Shown piece after piece: positions 41,334 through 50,200 of a stretch of 59,846 nucleotides of DNA. This DNA is from Bacteriovoracaceae bacterium (GTDB taxonomy: Bacteria > Bdellovibrionota > Bacteriovoracia > Bacteriovoracales > Bacteriovoracaceae): NCBI GenBank assembly GCA_041586955.1, contig JBFGZE010000010.1:1-59846 (forward strand), in the 5' to 3' direction. The notes beneath the pieces were generated by a model. It was given only the letters and a program-made list of their open reading frames with translations. It was not told the origin of the DNA and searched no databases. Within the stretch, counting starts at the first letter, position 1. Each line of letters starts with the position of its first letter. Both the position numbers and the translations under genes were made by a program.

Positions 41334-41506
41334 GATCTCTTAAAAGAAAAAAACTTCTACTTTTTGCGACACCTGCCACAAGAAATGGCCACCCTCACCA
41401 ACAATTCATCATTTAGAACAACCCCAAGATGGCCTAAAAAAGGCATTCGACACCATTTCTCAATCAGGCATACTACAGTCCAAGATGAGAGCAGGAGACA
41501 CAAACA

Positions 41507-42211
41507 ATGCGTAATGATCAATTGACGGGCCACGGACTTTTCCACCATTATTTCCTAACGATGGGTCAAGAGCTCCTTAATATTAAAGGTTCCCTTTACC
41601 GAGAGTCGCTGATTGACTGGCAAGAGTACTTCCCCTTCAAAGTTGAGCAAATTCGTCCCTGGGTTAAACTGCCACAAAACTTTTTAAATGCTCGAGAATC
41701 ATTAGTCGTAGGGGTTTTATTAAGTCATGATTATTGGCAAGACAAGGCCATAAATTTTGACCATGCACTCTCCTATCATCAAAATTGCATCGATCTTTTT
41801 TGCCACGAAGACCCTCTTCTGATTGAATTGGCCTATTTCTCTAGAGGTCTTCTATACGCCAAAGTTGGCCTTCACTCCAAAGAAAGTAAAAAATATTTAC
41901 TCCTAGCGCTTGATCAAATCGCAGATTTTCTTGACCATCCCCTTTTAGGAGAAAATGCAAAATTGTTCTATAGTGCCTTGCTCGCCGCCAATGGGGAGTT
42001 ACCCAAGGGTATTAAATGGTTAGTTAGGGCCGCTCGTCAGGAAAAAGACCCCCGAGCACTGTATCAGTCTTTATCTCGATTTTATCATAATTGCGGCCAT
42101 CCTAGAATTGCCCAATTCTATCAAATTAAAAAGTTGAAATGGATTACTTCCTTAGAAGAAGCGCCGACCCCGCAGACAAAAGAGCGACACCAAGTATGCG
42201 GACAAGACTAA
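41507..42211 (+). CDS. Helical-repeat (TPR-like) hypothetical protein
   Basis: AGGAG RBS; AYFSRGLLYAK TPR-like segment. Confidence 0.6.
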   Translation: MRNDQLTGHGLFHHYFLTMGQELLNIKGSLYRESLIDWQEYFPFKVEQIRPWVKLPQNFLNARESLVVGVLLSHDYWQDKAINFDHALSYHQNCIDLFCHEDPLLIELAYFSRGLLYAKVGLHSKESKKYLLLALDQIADFLDHPLLGENAKLFYSALLAANGELPKGIKWLVRAARQEKDPRALYQSLSRFYHNCGHPRIAQFYQIKKLKWITSLEEAPTPQTKERHQVCGQD

Positions 42212-42593
42212 TTTTTTGAACAGGAACACCCAATAGGCCATAATGGTCAATAATTAGAGACATAATTAATTGCCCGACAACGACCATTCCGATTAATAGA
42301 GTCGATCCAATCTTAGGGATCACAACAATAGCAGAGATAATAAAAAAGGACCCAATCACTCCACCCATCAAATAGATAGGATTCTGGGCAAAGATTTTTT
42401 TAAAGCCAGGCCAGGTTTGAGGAAAAATAAAAGATAAAATAATAAAGAAAAGAAAGCCACCGCTAAAGGAAATAAGTGATGCGGGGATCGGATGACCAAC
42501 ACCCTGGGCCAGTCGGTGATTTACAATTGATTGCCAGGGAATAACACAGCCAACGGCAAAGGCCCATAGGATAAATAAAGAATATGCCATCAT
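42144..42593 (-). CDS. DMT-superfamily transporter (YdcZ/DUF606)
   Basis: QSIVNHRL, GGVIGSFF, GQLIMSLIIDHYGLLG, RILG. Confidence 0.9.
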   Translation of the reverse strand: MMAYSLFILWAFAVGCVIPWQSIVNHRLAQGVGHPIPASLISFSGGFLFFIILSFIFPQTWPGFKKIFAQNPIYLMGGVIGSFFIISAIVVIPKIGSTLLIGMVVVGQLIMSLIIDHYGLLGVPVQKISLVRILGVALLSAGSALLLRK

Positions 42594-42896
42594 TCACGTC
42601 CATAAAATAAATAAAGTCTTTATTCATTATATTATGACTGGGAAATAACAAATAAACAAATAAAACAGACTCGCTAACAATTTGGTTACAATAATCGATT
42701 TCTCTGGCCTGATTGAATCAAACGCGCCTCCAGTGGCCCACAACCCTAAATATTATTAATTTAAACAGTGGCATTCCATCTAATATAATCTTACACAAGC
42801 CCAATTAAGCTTACTTTTAGTAGACTTACCTACAAAAGAATAGAACACTTATTGTGCACGTTAAAGCACAGACATAGCATTCAAGGAGGATGAATA

Positions 42897-43772
42897 ATGT
42901 TTAAGAAGATACTTTTGGCCATGCTGGCCTTCGGTCTTATTGGCCAAATTCTTTCCTGCGATGAACACGGAACATCAGGAATTGTTGAAGACAACGAAAT
43001 GTGGATTGGCCCTTTTGACAAAGCAGCTAACGACATGACAAAAGAGCGCTTTGACTCCATTCTTGATCGCGTAGAAGCTATCTACGGTCCTGTCATCGGT
43101 CAAAAAGGAAAAAAACTCGTTATTAATAGAAACTGGGAAAGTGGTACTGTTAACGCTTATGCTCAACAAAGCGGTGGAAAATGGATGGTTTCAATGTTTG
43201 GTGGGTTGGCCAGACACGAAGCGATTACAGATGACGCCTTTGCCTTAGTTGCTTGTCACGAAATCGGACACCACATAGGTGGAGCACCTAAAAAGCGTTC
43301 TTGGTATGGATCAACCTGGGCCACAAACGAGGGTCAAGCTGACTACTTCGGTTCAAGTAAATGCCTCCGTAAATATGTAGAGAATGACAATAATATTGAA
43401 ATTGTCAAAACTCTTAATGTCCCTGCAATCGTAACTGAAAAATGTGAGGCCAATTTCAATTCGGCCGAAGAAGTCGCTGCTTGCCAAAGGGGCGCCATGG
43501 CCGGTCTTAGCCTTGGTAACCTTTTCAGGGACCTCAGAAAATTACCAACTGAGCTCAAGTTTACAACACCAGACACACGTGTTGTGACAAAAACAGATCA
43601 TAATCACCCGGCCCCACAATGTCGTGTTGATACCTATTTCCAAGGCGCTATCTGCATCAAGCATCACACTGATGATGTCAGTGACAGAGACGCGACAATT
43701 GGAACCTGTACCCGTGCTAATAGCTTTGAAGATGGACTTCGCCCTCTTTGCTGGTACAAACCTGCTAATTAA
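42897..43772 (+). CDS. Secreted zinc metalloprotease (HEXXH, M48-like), Cys-rich
   Basis: VNAYA, CHEIGHHIGG, NEGQADYF, HPAPQCR; signal peptide; AAGGAGG RBS. Confidence 0.85.
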   Translation: MFKKILLAMLAFGLIGQILSCDEHGTSGIVEDNEMWIGPFDKAANDMTKERFDSILDRVEAIYGPVIGQKGKKLVINRNWESGTVNAYAQQSGGKWMVSMFGGLARHEAITDDAFALVACHEIGHHIGGAPKKRSWYGSTWATNEGQADYFGSSKCLRKYVENDNNIEIVKTLNVPAIVTEKCEANFNSAEEVAACQRGAMAGLSLGNLFRDLRKLPTELKFTTPDTRVVTKTDHNHPAPQCRVDTYFQGAICIKHHTDDVSDRDATIGTCTRANSFEDGLRPLCWYKPAN

Positions 43773-43796
43773 TTATAGCAAACTATGAAGTACCTT

Positions 43797-43821
43797 GGCC
43801 CCTCTATGAAGGGGCCTTTTT
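43797..43821 (+). terminator. Rho-independent terminator
   Basis: GGCCCCT-N6-AGGGGCC-TTTTT. Confidence 0.85.
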
Positions 43822-44146
43822 GTCTCCAAAATAAACGATATGCCCATCCAAGGACCAATCAAGCGAACAGTATCATTAGGATAAGGCCATCTTTCCTTCC
43901 CATTCCTGCTCCTCACTTCCGCACCTTCTTATTTCGATGAGTTAACCCTTCTCTGCCTTAAAATATCATCAGTTTTTTAAAAATCTCAGCTTTTTTAAAA
44001 AGTCGCCTCATATGTAAATTTCTTATCATAAAAAAAAATCCATATAACTAATTGAAATACAACTAGAAATATGAAGGCAAATCGAAAAAGGTCAGCTTAC
44101 AGGGTAGTTGATCAATAAAATAAGGAATGGCGGTATAATAAAACCA

Positions 44147-44173
44147 TAAGTTTTAGGTCATTCCTGTCGAAAA
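44147..44173 (+). promoter_or_regulatory. Putative FliA (sigma28) promoter
   Basis: TAAG-N15-GTCGAAAA versus consensus TAAA-N15-GCCGATAA. Confidence 0.5.
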
Positions 44174-44276
44174 GTATTTCAATCAGACTTAGCGTGACCA
44201 ATTAAATCGATTGAGGGTATTAAGATTGAATAATTTTTATCTATTCTCTTATTCACAAATTAAATCCGGGGCAAAA

Positions 44277-47200
44277 ATGCCCTTCCTCCTTATATTAATG
44301 TTTTTCTTTGCCAATCAATCACTGTCAGCTGCATGTGGTGCCACAACTCGAATATGGAATTCTAACTCGGGCAATAATACCTGGTCTAAAGTCCAAAACT
44401 GGACCAATAATAACATGCCCGACACAGTCGATGAAAATGCTCTGATACGGGCCGCCCAGTCGGTTACTCATGTCAATGTCGATACCTCAATCTCCTGTCT
44501 TGAAGTCACCTCTGGTGAGTTAAACTCAGAAAATGGAATCACTTTAACCATTTTAGGGGATTATTTTAGGGCACTCTATTTGAACTCTGTTGTCGTCACG
44601 AGCGGCCATAATTTTACAATCGACATGGCCTCAGGCAACCAAACTCTTGAAGTCAAAGACCCACTTAATTATGTCACTCTTTCAACAGATGGTTCTGTTA
44701 CTTTTACTGAGTCCTTTGAAATTAGAAACGCACTCAATATTACAGGGACGGGAACTCAGCTCAATATACAAGCTGACCTCCAACTAACAGATGCAATAAC
44801 TCCCTTCACCATTCCAGCAGGAATTACTGTTGAAGTTCAAAATGGGGCCAAGCTAAAGGCGCTTGGAGGAATTATCGTCAATGGCACTTTACATGTAAAA
44901 GCAGGCGGAGGAGTAGTTATTGGTGATAGTAAAAACCTTACGGTTAACGCTGGTGGGCTTATAAAATTAGATGGAGCACCAGGGAATATCGCCACCATTG
45001 AGGGAGATAATTCTCAATCGTGGGACATGGATGTTGCAGGAGACCTCTATGCTAATTATTTTCGCCTAGACCGAGTTGGAAAAAATAAACTTGGTATTGA
45101 TATCACTGGGAATGTTCAAAAAATGGATTACGGAGAATTCCACTTCATCGAGCCAGCAGCTTATGCTATGACTTGGGGATCTGCTGCAACCCTTCCCGCC
45201 ACCATGTCTAATATGAGTTTCTATGACGATGATGGACATGGTGATAATGGCTCCATTGATGCCAGTTCCTATAATATTAGTGATGTTGCCCTTACCAATT
45301 GGTCGGGGCTAGGATGTACCTCAGAGGGCTGTGCCTTTGAAAATGATACCAATAATAGAATTAATTGGGGTACCCAGGAGGGGGTCAAACTTATTCTATC
45401 GACAAACACCAATACAGGGGCACCAAGTAATCCAATAACTGCTGGAGCTGCTGCAGAAGAATTTGCAATCTTCTCTTTTTCCCTCAATCAAGCGGCGACA
45501 ATGACCAATATAACAGCACTGACATTTTCTCTTGAGGGTTCCGCGGGGCCAGGAGATGTGGATTATATTCAAGTCTTCAAAGACTCAGGAGGCAATTGTC
45601 AAACTCAGGGTGTGCAGATTGGTTCAAACTTAACCTTTTCAGGTAGCCCCGTTGCCACTGCGACTCTTAATATTAGCAACCCTGCCGATTTACAGGTGGA
45701 TTCATCCACCCCAGATTGTATTCATGTCTATTTGAAAACAACAGACTCTGCGGAAAATGCTGTCACTGTTGGTGTCAGTATTGCTGGTACGGGCGATGTC
45801 ACGAACTCCATGAGCTATAGCTTCTCTGATACATCGGGGCCAAAGATTTCTGGCCCTACAGTGACAATCTCTGGTGACCCGACCAGGATTTGGAATGGTC
45901 AGCAAGGTACCTCCTTTCCTAATAGTAATAACTGGACCAACGGTAATGCTCCCACTTCGGCCGATAATTGTCGGATAGGAGCTGGCATGAGCGACCCCAC
46001 ACTGGGGGGCAATCGTGCTTGTCAAAATCTTCAAATCGTCACGGGCGCAGATATTACCTGGGGAGCAAATGACTTTGCCATTTTTGGCAGCCTAAGTGTC
46101 GATTCAGGTGCCATTTTTACCTCTGCTGCTTCCGGAACTTTGACAATGAGTGGTAATACGACTCAGTCCATGGAATTATCAGAACCCTTTCCTGGAAACC
46201 TTATCATTAGTAATACTTCGGCCAGCTCGATCGTATCAGTGAATTCCGATTCCTATGTTGATGGAAACGTGACAGTCACAGATGGAATTTTATCCATCGC
46301 CAACGGCCAAACATTATACGTTGGCGGCAATATTACTGTTCAAACAGGTGCCAAACTTGATATCGAACCTGGAGGAACAATAATAATGCAAACAAATGGT
46401 TCCACCATTACAATTGATGATGGTGCCACACTTGAAGTCATTGGCACAAGTTCTCTTAGATCGACTATTAAGGGTGAAACGAATGCTATCAATTATACCA
46501 TCGCTGTAGGCGGTGGGACTTCTGGGATATTAAATGCTAAATATTATTCTTTAGATAATTTGGGAGCGACTGGGATAACGATTAATGCTGGAGTCACTAT
46601 TGATACCACCAATAATTTATCAGAAGGATCCTTCTCCTGCCCAGCTGATGGTGCCGATATTATTCGTCTCAATGCAGAAATTCCGGGGGATGCCTGGACG
46701 GGGATGAGCTTTTCAAAGGGTGGCTGTACCGTCAATACCTGGGATTCTATTTATACTAATATTACCGCTTCAACTGGGCCACTTACCCTAACGGCCTGGA
46801 GTGGTGATTTAGGAGGAAGCGGGACAGAAAATGTCGCTGCTGGTGATTATAACATCTCCTGGGGCTCCCAATCGAACACGATAAAAATAACCCAACAAGC
46901 AGCACGCACCAACGCTTCTGGAGATCAAGGGACAACCCAGAATATGGGTCGCTGGGGCTTCCAGCAAAATCCTGGATCAGGCTTTAGCAATACCGATATC
47001 ACCTCTTTAAAAGTAAGCCTAAAAGGAACGGGATCTAGTAATGATATTTCGGCCATCCGACTCTACGAAGATAGTGATTGTGATAGTGCTGGAGGAACAT
47101 TATTAGGAACATCAACCTTTTCAGGAAATCCTGCCAGCACAACTTTTACAGGCCTTACCTTTACCGTCGCTGAAGACACGGTATCACCTGCGATGAATTG

Positions 47201-50200
47201 TATTTATGTGGAGTTTGATCTAAATTCATCGGCAACAGATACGGCCACCATTGGCGCTGAGATTTCTAGTGATAACGATATTGTCAATTCTTTAGGATAT
47301 ACTATCGACGCCTCTTATGCTGCCCCTGTGGATCTTGGCACTTTGTCGATAGTCGGAATTACCACAAATTGGACAGGTGCTGTGGATACTGATTGGTTTA
47401 ATGCCGGCAATTGGAGTTCTGGTTTACCAACGGCAAATCTTAATTGTGTAATTTCTAATACTGCCAATGATCCTATTATTAATGGGGGCTCACCTGCTGT
47501 CTGTAAATCGGTTAATATCACCAATGGCGTTGTCGATCTGGACACCGGAGATACTCTTGAGGTTTATGGATCATTTACTAATACCGGAACTTTCACTCAT
47601 GATGGCACTATTAAATTTATGGATAATGGAGTGGATGCGACCAATCAAACCATTGATACCAATTCAACATTAAACACCGTCACTTATGATAAAACGGCAG
47701 GAGGCTCTATCGCTATAGGTTCAGCTTCTTTAACGATGAGTAATTTTGTCATTCCTGCTGGGCAGACATTTGATTTTACCGTGGCAAATGGAAAAACACT
47801 GACAATCAGTAATGGCGGAACCGTTAACTCTGGTACTTTTTTAATTGAGGCCGGTGGAGAGGTTCAAGTGGGGGCATCCCAAACTCTGACGTTAAGTGGC
47901 GGTACTTTTAAAATGAATGGTAATGCCGAATCTCGTCCGGGGGCCTCTGCTCACGATGCATTTCCCACCGCCTATACAACATCAAAGGCGAAGATTTCAC
48001 CAAGTAGTGGAACCTGGAGTTTCAATTCGACTTCTGGAACTATTTATCTTAATGGTTTTGTTATTGAAAATTTAGATGACAATGGTTTTCGCGTTGGCGG
48101 TACCACTATTCTTTCAAAGTTAGATGGCGGCCAGTTTTCTGGGCTATCAACAAATTACGCCTCAATGAAGGCCTTACAATTAAACAGTACTGGAAGCTTG
48201 GTTGCGACATCTTCTAATGTTGCTTTTAACTGGGAAACAAATGCCGAGTCCACGACTCCGGCCAATACTGATGCCTATACCATTGTTTATTCAAGTGGTT
48301 GTGGCAGTCAGACAATCGACTTTACGGGTTGGTATGGTGATTGGTATGAAGAACCAGCGACTTTTGATACCTCGACAAAAGTCGATACCACAAGTTGTAC
48401 AGTCAATTTAAATGGCTCTGCTTCGGCCATAAGTTTAATTTCTTTTACCGCGACACCTCATAACGCCGCTGTTGATCTAGAATGGGAGACTTCACTCGAG
48501 TTAGATCACGATGGTTTCAATGTTTATCGTTCTGATGTTTCTGGCGAAAACTTTGTACAAATAAATGGTGACTTGATTCGCAATAACCTTTATTCACTAA
48601 GCTATAAAGGCAAGTACCGTTTTATTGATTATGATGTAGCAAATGATCAATCCTATCATTATTATATTGAAGATGTAGACCTTTTTGGTAATACAGAAAT
48701 GCATGGCCCTCGTATTGTGACACCTCTTGCCACTTTGAGTGCACCTGGTGCCACCGCCGGTGACGTTAACGATGGGGGAAGTAATGCCAATGATGGGGAG
48801 ACCCCTGTTACTGACCCTGGAACTATTCAAAATCCATCGTTTAGGGACCTTGGTGATGGGGTTCAAATCTTATCACAAACATCAACAGATTTACGCATAA
48901 AGATTACCCCTCCTACCCTCACGATTAATGCAAGTGCATGGGATGGAACTTATGATGATCTTTCTATGTTGAGTTATTCAAAAACCTTAGAGGCCGGCAA
49001 ACCAGAACTTTTAAGACGAACTTTATTAATTGAAGTCCAATCATTTTTGACCTCGGCGTCTTTAAACTCGGAGCAAAGTTCTGACTCGGTGATGAATGGC
49101 CATAAAGTACAACCAGCACCTAATTGGGTCCTCAATGGCTCTAATAACTTAGTCGCCTCTTACTCACTGGACAATGCTTTCTATGCTATCAATCAGTTTT
49201 CACCAAATAATTATATTACAGTAGAACCAAACCTATTAAGTGTCGGTGGTAAGAAATTTCTTAAGATTATCGTCAATCCTGTCAAATTCAACCCCGTCGA
49301 TCAGGACCTCCATTTATTAACCGAGACGATCTTAGATATTGGCCTAGATGGTTCATCTTGGCAGGTTGTTCCGTCTGATAATAATTTTAATGTTGCAGCT
49401 TCCATTATAGCGAATACATTGAGAATAGATTATTCAGCAGAAGGGGTTTATGAAGTCACTTATGACGATTTAGTGGACTCCAATGTTGAAGGGCCATTTA
49501 ATAACGTTGATCCGAGCAATCTTCGACTATATCAGGGCGAGACAGAAATACCTTTGGAAGTCATAGACAATGACAGCAGCTTAACTTTTAATTCGGGTGA
49601 TAAAATTCGCTTTTATACCCGTTATTTTGGACCGAAAGATGACACTAAAAATCAAGTAACTTTATCTGTTGTTGATATTAATGGAAGTGGAAATTCTCCC
49701 TTGCGTATGGCCAATATTGATGGCGACCCTTCTGGCCAATATTTAAATTTTGAGGATGAGGTTTTATATAATGCGAAGGCCGAGGAGACGACTGATGTCT
49801 ACTTGAGTGAACAATACGGCGATGGCCTTGATCATTTTATTTGGAAAATCATTAGATCCTTTCCTGGCCTCGACGAATTAATAATGCCAATAGATTTACC
49901 CCACCTTAATACTAACAGTTCAAATATGGTTGAGGTCAAGGTATCCTTGAAGGCCGGAAACTTAGGAATTTCAGAATTTGACCATCACCTTGGACTTTAC
50001 ATTAATGACTCAATAAGTACCAACGCAGAGGTTTATTTTAAAACAAAAGATTATCAGACAATTTCTTTTATGGTGGACTCTTATCATTTTGTTCCTGGCA
50101 ATAATAATATCAAGATTAAAACTTTCGGAACCAACGCCAATGCCATGGGCCTTTGGGAAACAATTATTATTGACAAGGTGGAAGTCGATTATTACGGCAT

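Noticed and set aside
43771..43903. Minus-strand hydrophobic mini-ORF (MGRKDGLILMILFA-TGA-LVLGWAYRLFW...) with an RBS-like sequence
   Set aside because: Only 14 codons before the TGA and it runs through a terminator; cannot be distinguished from chance
44070..44140. Possible c-di-GMP-I riboswitch (GGCAAA...GAAA)
   Set aside because: Lacks the GACGCAAAGC core and convincing stems
44211..44276. Upstream TTG start of the giant protein
   Set aside because: ATG 44277 directly begins a signal-peptide-like sequence and is preceded by a purine-rich GGGG
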